A stretch of DNA of 35,784 nucleotides from an uncultured Holophagaceae bacterium (GCA_903919165.1 CAIXHJ010000521.1:1-35784), one strand, 5' to 3'. Counted from the first letter of the stretch, positions 1-9,731 are shown. Program-made: numbers and translations. Notes: generated by a model not told the origin, from the letters alone.

Positions 1-666
1 CCCAAGCTGAACGCCCCCGAGCTGCTCTGGAGCCAGCGGCATCGGCTCCACGGAGGCCGCGTCTTCATGGCGTCGGCCACCGATCCCTACCAGCCCCTGG
101 AACGGCGATACCGCCTCTCTCGGCGCTGCCTCGAAGTGCTGTTGCTCTGCCCCACCACGGAAGTCATCGTCCATACCCGCTCGCCTCTGGTGCTCCAGGA
201 TCTGGAGCTGCTGCGGGCCTTCGGGGACCGTCTGTCCGTGGGCCTCTCCATTCCCACCGATGACGATACGGTGCGCCAGGTCGTGGAACCCCATGCCCCC
301 GCCATTCCCAGCCGCTGGGCGGCCGCGGAGCGCCTGGCGGCAGCTGGCATCCAGGTCACCATCGGGGTCGCGCCACTCCTCACAGTGCATGATGCCAAGG
401 CCTTCGCCCGGCGGGCCAGGGCCAGCGGCGCCTCCGAGGCATGGGTGGGCGGACTCCGTCTGTTGAGGCAGGATCCCTTCTACAAGGTGCTGGCCGACCA
501 TGGCTGGCTGAAGGTGCTGGACCCCGACTACAGGTCGGACATCCGGTCCGCCTTCCTTGAAGCCTTTCCGCCTCGGAAACGCAAGCGTGAAGCAAGGGCC
601 GAACCTGTGGCCTCCCCCGCTACGGTCCAGGCCACCCAGCCAGGGTTGTTTGATCGTGTGAGTTAA
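1..666 (+). CDS. Radical SAM protein, SplB/Rv2578c-like (putative DNA repair), 5'-truncated by window edge
   Basis: Frame is open from base 1 (PKLNAPELL...). Motifs MASATDPYQPLE, HTRSPLVLQDL, SIPTDD and EPHAP are typical of this family. The CxxxCxxC motif would lie upstream of the window. Confidence 0.8.
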   Translation, partial: PKLNAPELLWSQRHRLHGGRVFMASATDPYQPLERRYRLSRRCLEVLLLCPTTEVIVHTRSPLVLQDLELLRAFGDRLSVGLSIPTDDDTVRQVVEPHAPAIPSRWAAAERLAAAGIQVTIGVAPLLTVHDAKAFARRARASGASEAWVGGLRLLRQDPFYKVLADHGWLKVLDPDYRSDIRSAFLEAFPPRKRKREARAEPVASPATVQATQPGLFDRVS

Positions 667-724
667 GGGGCGACAGGCTTGGACCATGACGCCGCCTCTT
701 GCCTTGTGGGAGACTGAACCTCTG

Positions 725-2338
725 ATGACGACCCTCGCCCTGAAATACCGCCCCCGTCTGCTGTCCGACCTCGTGGGGCAGGAAGGGAGCGTGAAGGCCC
801 TGGCCAATGCCCTGAAGCGGGCCAAGGAGAGCGGGAAGATCCATCAGGCCTACCTGTTCGCGGGTTTGCGTGGCACGGGCAAGACCAGCACCGCCCGCAT
901 CCTGGCCCGGGCCCTGAACTGTGTCGAAGGTCCCACGGCCACGCCCTGCGGTGTGTGCGGGCCCTGTCGGGCCGCTGAGCAGCCGGACAGCAGCCTGGAC
1001 ATCGTCGAGATCGATGCGGCCAGCAGGGCTTCCGTGGCGGATGCCCGGGTCCTGCGGGAACAGGCGCAGACCCGCCCCGCCTTCTGTCGCTACCGGGTCT
1101 ACATCATCGATGAAGTGCACATGCTCAGCACGGAAGCCTTCAACGCGCTGCTCAAGGTCATCGAAGAACCGCCCCCCCACGCGATCTTCGTTCTGGCCAC
1201 CACCGAGTTGCAGGATGTGCCGGACACCATCAAGAGCCGGGTCCAGATCTTCCCTTTCCGCCTGATTCCCGTCGGCCTCATCGAAGGGCGCCTCAAGCAT
1301 GTGTGCGAGCAGGAGGGCGTGGCGTTCGAAGGGGAGAGCCTCCGCCTGGTGGCTGAAGCTGGCCAGGGCTCCATGCGTGACGCGCTCACCATCCTCGATC
1401 GAGTGATCTCTGCGGGCGACGGGAAGGTGGTGGAGGAGGCCGTTCGTGAGCAGCTGGGGATCGTCAGCGCCCACCTGGTCCAGGGCGTGATGTCGGCGTT
1501 GGCCATCGGCGATACGCCCGCCCTGGTGGAGGCCTGCCGGGAACTGGCTGAACAGGGCGCCGATTGGGCCACCTTCTGGCGGGAATTGGTGCTGGCATTC
1601 CGTGACCGCCTCGAGCAGGAAGCCCGGGCGGCCCGCGGGCCGGAGGAATTGCTCCGCTGGGCCCGCATGCTGAACCTCCTCTTGAGTCGCGAGCGGGATC
1701 TGCGCGACAGCAGTCTGCCCCGCGTGGTGGTGGAACTCGCCCTCATCACGGCGGCCCAACTGCCCCATCTGGCGCCACTGGATGCGCTCGTTTCTGGGAT
1801 GGCCACGTCCAATGTCCCGAGGCCTTCAGATCATTCCCCCGGCCCGCCACTGGTCCCTTCCCGGGCCCCCCAGGTCGCGCCGGCGCCTGAGGGGCCTCGA
1901 CGACGGCCGGCTGCTGCGATGAAGCCGCCGGCAGCCCTGGCACCCGTCCCAGCGATCCGATCGGTTCCAGGTACTTCAGACCAGCTCCGTAGGGCTTGCA
2001 GCGAAGCCCTGCGTCAGGCACCCGGCCTGCGGGCCCTGGCCAGTGCGCCTCAGCTGGCCGCGGACCTCCGCTGGGAATCGCCCATCCTCCGGTTCCGTTT
2101 TCCCGGGAATGTGCGGCAGACACTCCAGGACTTCGAACGGGAAAAGGCGAGCCCCCACCTGTTGGCCGCGCTCGCTACGGCACTGCCTGGCCTGAAGGCT
2201 GTGGAGATCAGCTTTGACGATCCAGGCGGATCCGGTGCAGACGAACGGCCGGAAGATCGGCTGCGCCGGGAACCGGCCTTCCAGGATCTGCTGCGCCTCA
2301 GCGGGGGCGAGGTGCTGGAGATCCGGCGCGAGGGCTGA
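725..2338 (+). CDS. dnaX: DNA polymerase III subunit gamma/tau
   Basis: LALKYRP start, Walker A GLRGTGKT, Zn site C..PCGVCGPC, EIDAAS, IIDEVHML, GSMRDAL, Pro/Ala-rich linker. ATG 725 is preferred over 686 by family N-terminus. Confidence 0.97.
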   Translation: MTTLALKYRPRLLSDLVGQEGSVKALANALKRAKESGKIHQAYLFAGLRGTGKTSTARILARALNCVEGPTATPCGVCGPCRAAEQPDSSLDIVEIDAASRASVADARVLREQAQTRPAFCRYRVYIIDEVHMLSTEAFNALLKVIEEPPPHAIFVLATTELQDVPDTIKSRVQIFPFRLIPVGLIEGRLKHVCEQEGVAFEGESLRLVAEAGQGSMRDALTILDRVISAGDGKVVEEAVREQLGIVSAHLVQGVMSALAIGDTPALVEACRELAEQGADWATFWRELVLAFRDRLEQEARAARGPEELLRWARMLNLLLSRERDLRDSSLPRVVVELALITAAQLPHLAPLDALVSGMATSNVPRPSDHSPGPPLVPSRAPQVAPAPEGPRRRPAAAMKPPAALAPVPAIRSVPGTSDQLRRACSEALRQAPGLRALASAPQLAADLRWESPILRFRFPGNVRQTLQDFEREKASPHLLAALATALPGLKAVEISFDDPGGSGADERPEDRLRREPAFQDLLRLSGGEVLEIRREG

Positions 2339-2584
2339 TCAGCCGCCGGAAACAGGGGGCATGAGGGCCACCTCATCGCCATTCGCCAGCGGTGTGGCCC
2401 GGTCCGCGAAGCTCTGGTTCACAGCCATGAGGGCGTCTTTGGGCAGGGGGGCGAGCCTCGGATCGGTCAGCAGGTCGCCAATCGTGGGAACTACTGGCAA
2501 CGCCAGCTCAGCGAACCCCAGCAGGGCTCGGTATCGGGCGAAGCATTTTACGGTGATCATGCGCGTCTCCATCCCATCGCCCAC
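2339..2584 (-). CDS. moaD: MoaD/ThiS family sulfur carrier protein
   Basis: ITVKCFA...AVNQ...GDEVALMPPVSGG with C-terminal di-glycine. The true start may be a downstream Met. Confidence 0.88.
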   Translation of the reverse strand: MGDGMETRMITVKCFARYRALLGFAELALPVVPTIGDLLTDPRLAPLPKDALMAVNQSFADRATPLANGDEVALMPPVSGG

Positions 2585-2601
2585 GGCCTAAAGCCCGCAG
2601 C

Positions 2602-5600
2602 CTAGTTGGGGCTCCATGTGTGCCGGATCTCCCCAGAGGGCGTGAGTCCGACTCCTCCCCCCTTGGTGAAGCCCAGCTGGAGGATGAGATTGCCGAAGCG
2701 CCATTCCACCTGGCCCGAGTCGATGCTCAGTTCACCACTCTTGGTGTGAGTGAACACGATGGCGCTTCGCTGGCCGTAGAGATTCAAGCTCTTGCCCAAG
2801 GTGAATTCGGTTTCAGAGGTGCCAAGGGTCGATGTGCGGACCGCCACATTGACCCGATCCACGCCCAGGGCCCGGCGAAGTGTGTCCTGGACAGGCGCGA
2901 AGGCGAGGGTGGAGATCAAGCCGACGCCTGCGCTCCCCAGACCCGAAGTGATGGCCCCCTGGGTGGCTCCTGAGGAAGCCCCTGCTGTGCCGACGTTGGC
3001 CACATTCCCTGGATTGATGAGGATGGACACGATCTCATCCTGGCGAAGGCTGGGCGTGGATGTGGGCACGATGGTCAGGTTGCTCAGGGTGCCCCGGATG
3101 TCGAGGTTCACGGTGTAGCCGGGGATGGAAGTGACGGATCCCTGGAGGTTGATCAAGGGATCCAAGGGACGGGATTCAGAGAAAACAATGGTGCCTCGGT
3201 CCACGACCATGTCGCCGGCAGGGAAGATGTTGGTGATGCGACCGCCGGGCTGGAACAGCATGGTGCCTTTGGGGACGGGGTGGGCGAGGGTGCCAAGCAC
3301 CTGGAACGGACCCTCGGTGCGACCCTCCAGCTTCAGAAGGTTGGTATCGAAGCTCCAGGGAGCGCGCAGATCCAGATCCAGATCCAGCCGGATCCGTTCC
3401 AAGGGATCGTCCAGGTCGAGGCCCGCGAGACTCCCGCTATCCCTGAGGGCGCTGCGAAGGATCAAGTCCGAGAGCTTCACCTCGGTCTGGTAACCCAGGT
3501 GGTCAGCCCACAACTTCCCCTTGAGCACTCCGCCCTCCTCGGTGCCGTTGAGCGTGGCCTGGAGACTGCCCTGGAGGTCCAGGCCTTCGGGCACGTCCCG
3601 CAGCTGGAAGTTGGCAAGGGATGCCTTGAAGGCATAGGCATCCAACCCCCCGATCCGCCAGGTGACCGCGCCGCTGGCCCTGAGTTCCCCGTGGGCGAGG
3701 GTGCCGCGCATGGGATTCTCTTCGGAGATGGTCAGGGTCCGATCCTTCAGGATGGCCTGGGCCTGGAGATCCTCCATGCCCTGGTAGCCCCGCAGGTGCA
3801 TCTGCCCCTTGTCCAGGGTCAGGGTTCCGTCCAGCAGCGGTTCAAAGGGTGTGCCGTGGGCAAGGAGGTCGAAGTGGCTGGTGCCTTGGACATGCAGTTC
3901 AGACAGGAGGCTGTAGTCATCCACTTCCATGACTCGGTCCAGGATGGATTTCAGGTGGGCGAGGTCGGCATCGCCCTGGACCTGGATCGCTATTGGAGTG
4001 GTGTCCGAGAATGGGACCGTGCCCGACAGCCGAATGTGTGCAGCCTGTGGATCAGACCGGACCGCCGAACCGCGGGCGCCACCCTCGAGGGCGATATCAA
4101 CGGCTACGCCCTGGGCATTGCCATGCAGGGCCGAAGGGCGGATCTGGTGCAACTCGAAGGCTCCGAACTGGGCTGCCAGCCGGTCGAGGGAACCGCTCCA
4201 GGACAGATCGTGGCCGTTCTTCCAGCTTCCCTGGGCCGTAGCCGACAGGCTTAGGTCCTCCAGAAGGTCCTCAGTCAAGCTGCGCGCCAGCAGATCCGTG
4301 TGGGCGCTATCCGGGGAGATGTTCAGGCTGAGCTGGCCGGAGAGGTCAGGGCCATCCTGGTGGACCTGGAGCTCGAGCAGGGGAAGTTTCATGCCTTCCA
4401 TGCCGAGATGGCTCTCCAGACGGCCCCGATCCAGGCCGACCCAGCCCTCCAATCCTTCCACGCTCCTGTTTCCGAAGAAGAGACGGCCGCGGTTCAGCAG
4501 AACCTTTCCCTCCGGCAGATCCAGGTCTCCGAAGGGGCTGGTGATGGGTCCGAGAAGGTGGGCATCCACCTGGCACTGGATCCGTGGCCCCGGCAAGGCC
4601 AGCAGCTGGGAGTCCAGGCGTCCGCCGAGATCGACAGACCAGGTCCACTGCCCGAAATCCATGTCGGCCCGCCCCGTGAGGGCCAGGGCGCCTTCCGGCG
4701 GGAGGCCCCCTCGACCAAGCAGGTCCATTCGTTCGGCGACCCGAATGTCGGACAGTTTCAATCGGAGCGATTCCAGGTCCATCCAAAAGTCCGAGGAAGC
4801 CCCTGGAAGTTTGAACCCATAAACATCAGATGATTCGACTTGGGCTGCGCCAATCATAAGCAGATGATCGTAGGGACCCCAGATTCGCACCCATCCACTG
4901 CCCGTGCCGGTGATCGGCAGGTCCTTGTCCTCATCATCCTTCAGATCGGCTGCCTTCAATCCCTCGGCCACCGGGAGCCGGGTGGCGGTGTAGCACATGT
5001 CGATCTGGGCCTCTCCAGGGGCGGCACCCGCCCAGGTCAGCCAGAGATCTCCGCCACCACGCCCCTCGTCCCTGCGCAGATCGATGTCCTTGATCCAAAG
5101 GTCTGACCCCCGGATCTCGACCGTCTTGGCCAGCAAGCTGTCTGCCAGGGCCCCGTGCCACCGCGGATGTAGGACCTCGCCCGATCCGTCCAATTCAAGG
5201 CCAGTCCCCCGATTCCAGCGCACCTTGGCCTGGGCGGTCGTCTGGCCTTCCATGTCCAGGTCGACCACCTTCCAGGCGGTCAGGGCCCGAGCCACCTGGT
5301 CGGCCCCGACCACGACCCGACCCTCGCCTTCGAGGCTGATCACCCCCTGTGGGTCCAGTGCGGCCCAGCCTGTGCCATCAAGCTTCAGGGTCTCAAAATC
5401 CAGCTTGAAGTGATCCAGGTTGGCCCGGCCCCGGTCCAGCTTGGCATCCAGTCCACCAGCCTCCATCCCATGCTGGAAGAGCGCGACCTTGAGGGACGCC
5501 TGCCAGTGCTCGGGACGACCAGCGGCAGTTCCCGCCCCAGGGCCCTTGATCTGGGCCTGCAAGGTCCCGCGAACGCCCCGGAAGGTTTCGAGTCGGAGGG

Positions 5601-6705
5601 AGCGCCCGAACGCGTCCAGATCCAGGTTCGTTCCCCGAATGGTGGCCTGGATCTGGGTTCGACGGGACCAGCTGCCCTGGACCTCCAGGTCCCCCTGCAG
5701 GGAGACCCAGTGCAGGCGATCCAGATGGGCATGATCCAGGCCCCCGTTGGCTTTGAGTTCCAGATCGCCCGGCAGGAAGGCACCGGATTGTGGGTGCAGA
5801 TCCCGACCATCAGCGGTGAAGGTCCAGGTCGGCTGAGCCATGGATCCCTGAAGGGTACCCACCACATCCACCTTGCCGACCATGGAAGGCCGGGATGGTC
5901 CGTACCAGCGGGCGGCCTGGGCAAGGTCCAGGACACCTGTCAAGTGGGCTTCGACCCTCTCTGCGGCTGGGACCTTACCCGGTTCATAAAGGCCGTTGAG
6001 GCGAAGCTGGCTTTCACCCAGACGAAGGTAGCCTTCTCGGATCGACAGTCCCTTTTCGGAGGCCTCGCCGTTCAGATCCAATCGGCCCTTCTCCCACCCC
6101 CCGGGACCCTTCAATGACAACTGGGGACCCGCCAGATCCACCCGGACGCGATTGGGACCCAGCCCCGTGGCCTTCACCTCGAACTGGTACCGCAATTCGG
6201 GAATGCCTCGCACGGACCCGGGAACTTGGACCTCGCCACCCGTGAGGCTGAGGAAATCCAGGCGGAATTGAGGCAGGGGGCCACTTCTTGGCGGGCGGTC
6301 CTTGAGTTTAATGGAGGCCAGACCGGCCTCTGTCAGACGCAGGTAAGGATGCTCGATCCGCAGGGAGTGGATGCGGGGGGTCGTGCCCAGGAGAGACCAG
6401 AAATCCGCCTGGACCTCAATCCGCTTCACTGTGAGCAGATCCTCACCCAGGCGGATATCGTGGAGCACCAGCGATCCGAAGGTGGGGTGGAACTCGACCC
6501 ACCCGATGGAAAGGGGCAGGCCAGTCTCGTCCTGGACCATGGTGTCGATCCGGCCGAGGGCCCAGTGGACGACGGTGGGTCGAGTGGCCAGCCAGGGGGC
6601 GATCGTGATGACGGAGACACCGGCTACCAGTGCGTAGGATACGCGGCGGACCCACCTGCGGCCCCAGAGCCGGCACACTGCGTCCTTGGTGGGATGCCAA
6701 ATCAT
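2602..6705 (-). CDS. tamB: TamB/AsmA-like translocation and assembly module protein (DUF490-type C-terminus)
   Basis: About 1370 aa, N-terminal hydrophobic anchor, G/L/D-rich beta-strand pattern, C-terminal LDPLINL...STPSLRQDEIVSIL. ATG at 6705 overlaps the kinase stop (TGATG). Confidence 0.8.
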   Translation of the reverse strand: MIWHPTKDAVCRLWGRRWVRRVSYALVAGVSVITIAPWLATRPTVVHWALGRIDTMVQDETGLPLSIGWVEFHPTFGSLVLHDIRLGEDLLTVKRIEVQADFWSLLGTTPRIHSLRIEHPYLRLTEAGLASIKLKDRPPRSGPLPQFRLDFLSLTGGEVQVPGSVRGIPELRYQFEVKATGLGPNRVRVDLAGPQLSLKGPGGWEKGRLDLNGEASEKGLSIREGYLRLGESQLRLNGLYEPGKVPAAERVEAHLTGVLDLAQAARWYGPSRPSMVGKVDVVGTLQGSMAQPTWTFTADGRDLHPQSGAFLPGDLELKANGGLDHAHLDRLHWVSLQGDLEVQGSWSRRTQIQATIRGTNLDLDAFGRSLRLETFRGVRGTLQAQIKGPGAGTAAGRPEHWQASLKVALFQHGMEAGGLDAKLDRGRANLDHFKLDFETLKLDGTGWAALDPQGVISLEGEGRVVVGADQVARALTAWKVVDLDMEGQTTAQAKVRWNRGTGLELDGSGEVLHPRWHGALADSLLAKTVEIRGSDLWIKDIDLRRDEGRGGGDLWLTWAGAAPGEAQIDMCYTATRLPVAEGLKAADLKDDEDKDLPITGTGSGWVRIWGPYDHLLMIGAAQVESSDVYGFKLPGASSDFWMDLESLRLKLSDIRVAERMDLLGRGGLPPEGALALTGRADMDFGQWTWSVDLGGRLDSQLLALPGPRIQCQVDAHLLGPITSPFGDLDLPEGKVLLNRGRLFFGNRSVEGLEGWVGLDRGRLESHLGMEGMKLPLLELQVHQDGPDLSGQLSLNISPDSAHTDLLARSLTEDLLEDLSLSATAQGSWKNGHDLSWSGSLDRLAAQFGAFELHQIRPSALHGNAQGVAVDIALEGGARGSAVRSDPQAAHIRLSGTVPFSDTTPIAIQVQGDADLAHLKSILDRVMEVDDYSLLSELHVQGTSHFDLLAHGTPFEPLLDGTLTLDKGQMHLRGYQGMEDLQAQAILKDRTLTISEENPMRGTLAHGELRASGAVTWRIGGLDAYAFKASLANFQLRDVPEGLDLQGSLQATLNGTEEGGVLKGKLWADHLGYQTEVKLSDLILRSALRDSGSLAGLDLDDPLERIRLDLDLDLRAPWSFDTNLLKLEGRTEGPFQVLGTLAHPVPKGTMLFQPGGRITNIFPAGDMVVDRGTIVFSESRPLDPLINLQGSVTSIPGYTVNLDIRGTLSNLTIVPTSTPSLRQDEIVSILINPGNVANVGTAGASSGATQGAITSGLGSAGVGLISTLAFAPVQDTLRRALGVDRVNVAVRTSTLGTSETEFTLGKSLNLYGQRSAIVFTHTKSGELSIDSGQVEWRFGNLILQLGFTKGGGVGLTPSGEIRHTWSPN

Positions 6706-7673
6706 CAGTTCTGTTCGCCGCAAGTCGGACATTTCGTGGCCATCCGGGGTAATTGCCGGTAGCAGTAGCGGCAAAGCCGGGATTGAGTGGCGGCACGCAG
6801 AGAGGGGTGGGGCCCGGAGTTCGATAAGGACAGCACCGCAGTGCCGAGGGGGCGGGTCTCCCTGGCGACATTCTCCTTCAGGCGGCGCAGCGCCTCCAGA
6901 AACGCCTGGGCGGAGAGATATCTCTCCCCCAGGTTTACGGCCAGGGCCTTCATCACCACCTCTGAGAAGGTCTTCGGCACAATCGGGTTCCGCAGGTGCG
7001 GCGGCACGATCTGCTGGCTGGAGAGGGCCTCGGCGATCTTCAGCGGATCCGCATCATAGAAAGGGACAGTCCCCGTGAGCATTTCATAGAGCGTGATGCC
7101 CAGGGACCAGAGGTCCGACTGGAACACGGCCCTGCCACGGAAATGTTCGGGGGCCATGTAGGGCGGCGATCCGATGCGCGTGGGCGCATAGGGGACATGC
7201 TGCATCTCCAGCACGCGGGAGGTTCCGAAGTCCGTGACCTTGGCCACCCCGTCACGGTTCACAAGGATGTTGGCTGGACGCAGGTCCCTATGGAGGATCT
7301 GGTGGCCGTGGGCGAAAGCGATGGCACTGCAGACGTCCAGGCCGATCTCAAGGGCGCGTGGAGGCTGGAGGAACCGCTCGCGACGAATGAGACGATCGAG
7401 GCCTTCGCCTTCTATGTACTCGAGCACCATGAAGAAGATGCCGTTCTTTCGCTCGACCGTGATGAGCTCCACGATGTTCGGATGCTTCAGGCCCGCCATG
7501 ATGCGGGGCTCCTTGAGCAGGTCCACGATCTCTTCCTGCTGCTGGTGGGGCACCTTCAAGGCCACCTTGCGGTTCACCCAGGTATCCATGGCCAGGTATA
7601 CGGCTCCGAAACCGCCGGAGCCGAGGCGGTCCAGGATCAGGTATTTCCCCAGGGTCTGGTCCTTGGAAAGCAC
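6705..7673 (-). CDS. Hanks-type Ser/Thr protein kinase with C-terminal zinc ribbon
   Basis: LGSGGFGAVY, VALK, HRDLRPAN, DFG, GSPPYMAPE, SDLWSLG, and C-terminal CRYC-x10-CPTC. GTG 7673 has GGAG upstream. The longer ORF start at 7745 runs through the terminator. Confidence 0.93.
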   Translation of the reverse strand: MLSKDQTLGKYLILDRLGSGGFGAVYLAMDTWVNRKVALKVPHQQQEEIVDLLKEPRIMAGLKHPNIVELITVERKNGIFFMVLEYIEGEGLDRLIRRERFLQPPRALEIGLDVCSAIAFAHGHQILHRDLRPANILVNRDGVAKVTDFGTSRVLEMQHVPYAPTRIGSPPYMAPEHFRGRAVFQSDLWSLGITLYEMLTGTVPFYDADPLKIAEALSSQQIVPPHLRNPIVPKTFSEVVMKALAVNLGERYLSAQAFLEALRRLKENVARETRPLGTAVLSLSNSGPHPSLRAATQSRLCRYCYRQLPRMATKCPTCGEQN

Positions 7674-7704
7674 GGGCGAAGGCTCCGAAATGATAGGTCC
7701 AGAA

Positions 7705-7744
7705 TGACCGAAAAAGCCCCACCGGGGCGGGGCTTTTTCGGTCA
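7705..7744. terminator. Intrinsic terminator downstream of rpoD (bidirectional geometry)
   Basis: Perfect 16-bp inverted repeat TGACCGAAAAAGCCCC / GGGGCTTTTTCGGTCA with an 8-nt loop, giving a T5 tract on each strand. Confidence 0.85.
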
Positions 7745-7857
7745 ATGGTCAGGGTCTTGGTGTAGCCAGCCTGTTCGTTTCCCTTCGGAATGTGCCCGAG
7801 GCCCTGTAGGTTCTCAGCTCACAAATTCGCCGACCCACTCGGACTGTTCTCCCGCAT

Positions 7858-9582
7858 TCAGCCGAGGAACGCCTTGAGGGTCTTGGAGTAGCGCGGGTGG
7901 CGAATTTTTCTCAGGGCCTTGGACTCGATCTGGCGGATGCGCTCGCGGGTGACGGCGAACTCGCTGCCCACTTCCTCCAGCGTGTGCTCAGAACCGTCGT
8001 CGCCGACGCCGAAGCGCATGCGGAGGACGCGTTCTTCGCGCTCGCTGAGGGTGTTGAGGACGTTGCGGACGGTCTCCTTGAGGCGCTGCTGCACGACCTG
8101 CTCCACGGGGGACACCACGGTCTTGTCCTCGATGAAGTCGCCCAGGTGGGAGTCCTCCTCCTCGCCGATGGGGGTCTCCAGGGAGATGGGCTCCTGGGCG
8201 ATCTTCATCACCTTCCGCACCTTGCCCACGGGCATGTCCATGGCGTGGGCGATCTCCTCGCTGGAGGGTTCCCGGCCCAGCTTTTGCACCAGCTCGCGCT
8301 GGGTGCGGATGAGCTTGTTGATGGTCTCGATCATGTGCACGGGGATGCGGATGGTGCGGGCCTGGTCCGCGATGGCGCGGGTGATGGCCTGCCGGATCCA
8401 CCAGGTGGCGTAGGTCGAGAACTTGAAGCCGCGGCTGTACTCGAACTTGTCCACGGCCTTCATGAGCCCGATGTTGCCCTCCTGGATGAGGTCCAGGAAC
8501 TGCAGGCCGCGGTTGGTGTAGCGCTTGGCGATGCTGACCACGAGGCGCAGGTTGGCTTCGATCAGCTCGGCCTTGGCGCCGCGGCTGATGCTCTCGGCGG
8601 CCTTGAGGCCGTTGAAGTCCTTGTGGAACTGCTCGCTGGTGGTCTCGTACTTGATGAAGAAGTCCGCCAGGGTCTTCTCGATGTGGGCCAGCTCGTCCTT
8701 GTACTTGTCCTTGAGCTTGGCGAAAGCGGGGTTCTTGAGGCGGTCGCGGAGTTCGCGGCACTTGCGCTCGCCGGCCATCACCTGGCTGTGCTGATGGGTG
8801 ATGCGGTCGATGAGGCGCGTGACGGCGAGGCTGTTGAGGCCCAGCTTTCGGATCTGGCGTGACAGTCTGCCGCGGGCATGGAGGATCTCGCGGCCGAGCT
8901 TGCGGCGCTTGGGCAGGGTCTTGGTGCCTGCGTCGACCTGGAGCTTGAGTGCCAGGAGGTCCTGCAGGGCCTGATCAAAGACAAGCAGCTTCTCGAACTG
9001 GTGGTGCACATGCTGGGTGGCGGAAGTACTCTCCGCATCCTCATCGTCGTCCACCTCATCAGACAGGCCCACGACTTCGCGGATCTTGCCCGGGTTCTCC
9101 TTCAGCATCCGGCCGATGTCGATGAGCAGACTGGCGGCCAGGCGCGACCGGGAGAGGGCGCGCATGACGCTGCGGACGCCGACCTCGATGCGCTTGGCGA
9201 TCTCGACTTCGTCCTCGCGCTTGAGCAGGGGCACCGTGCCCATTTCCTTGAGGTACATGCGGACGGGGTCATTGAACTTGTCGCTGTCGGGGCTGTCGAT
9301 CTCGACTTCAAGATCCTTGTCGCCCTTGCCGCCCCCTTCCACCAGAATGAACTCGGGTTCAATGGCCTCTCGGGCGGCTTGGGCTTCTTCCTCCGTGGCG
9401 CCGATGCCCACGCCCAGACGCGCGAACATGCCCATGACCACCTCGAGATCCACGGGATTGGAGGCGTTCATGGGGAGGAAGTCATTGAGCTGGTCGACCA
9501 GCAGGATTCCTTTTTTCCTTCCGATGGAGATCAGTGCTTTGGTCAGGGCGTAGTAGGTGTCGCGGGGCGGCGTCGGAACCAT
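7858..9582 (-). CDS. rpoD: RNA polymerase primary sigma factor sigma70
   Basis: Region 1.2 [11 protein letters not shown], region 2 [13 protein letters not shown]...[17 protein letters not shown]...[10 protein letters not shown], region 4 TLEEVG...TRERIRQIE. Lies downstream of dnaG. Start is 9582 or 9609. Confidence 0.98.
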   Translation of the reverse strand: MVPTPPRDTYYALTKALISIGRKKGILLVDQLNDFLPMNASNPVDLEVVMGMFARLGVGIGATEEEAQAAREAIEPEFILVEGGGKGDKDLEVEIDSPDSDKFNDPVRMYLKEMGTVPLLKREDEVEIAKRIEVGVRSVMRALSRSRLAASLLIDIGRMLKENPGKIREVVGLSDEVDDDEDAESTSATQHVHHQFEKLLVFDQALQDLLALKLQVDAGTKTLPKRRKLGREILHARGRLSRQIRKLGLNSLAVTRLIDRITHQHSQVMAGERKCRELRDRLKNPAFAKLKDKYKDELAHIEKTLADFFIKYETTSEQFHKDFNGLKAAESISRGAKAELIEANLRLVVSIAKRYTNRGLQFLDLIQEGNIGLMKAVDKFEYSRGFKFSTYATWWIRQAITRAIADQARTIRIPVHMIETINKLIRTQRELVQKLGREPSSEEIAHAMDMPVGKVRKVMKIAQEPISLETPIGEEEDSHLGDFIEDKTVVSPVEQVVQQRLKETVRNVLNTLSEREERVLRMRFGVGDDGSEHTLEEVGSEFAVTRERIRQIESKALRKIRHPRYSKTLKAFLG

Positions 9583-9681
9583 TCGGACCTCAAAGAGCGC
9601 TGCGAACATCGGACCGGTGGACCCGGTGGCCGAGGGATGTGCAGAACTCGGCCAATGTACCGGCCGAGTCCGGAACTTTTC

Positions 9682-9709
9682 AGTATAGGGAATCTACGAT
9701 TCCAGGCAA
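9682..9709 (-). promoter_or_regulatory. Putative sigma70 promoter of rpoD
   Basis: Minus strand TTGCCT-16 bp-TATACT in the dnaG-rpoD spacer, followed by a 12-bp hairpin (9644-9671). Confidence 0.65.
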
Positions 9710-9731
9710 GGGATTTGGTGTCTGGAGAGGA

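Noticed and set aside
725-2338. Programmed -1 frameshift or slippage site producing gamma from dnaX
   Set aside because: No A AAA AAG heptamer or long A/T run seen in the gene.
7674-7745. N-terminal extension MTEKAPPRWGFF of the kinase ORF
   Set aside because: It is the translation of the terminator palindrome (the same peptide appears on the opposite strand). GTG 7673 with an SD is more plausible.
7746-7830. tRNA after rpoD (minus strand has two ...ACCA ends) or an HDV-like, SAM-I or Moco-type RNA
   Set aside because: No T-loop (GTTCRA) or cloverleaf. Resemblance to the ribozyme and riboswitch consensus was only fragmentary and the key helices do not pair. Kept only as an unassigned candidate.
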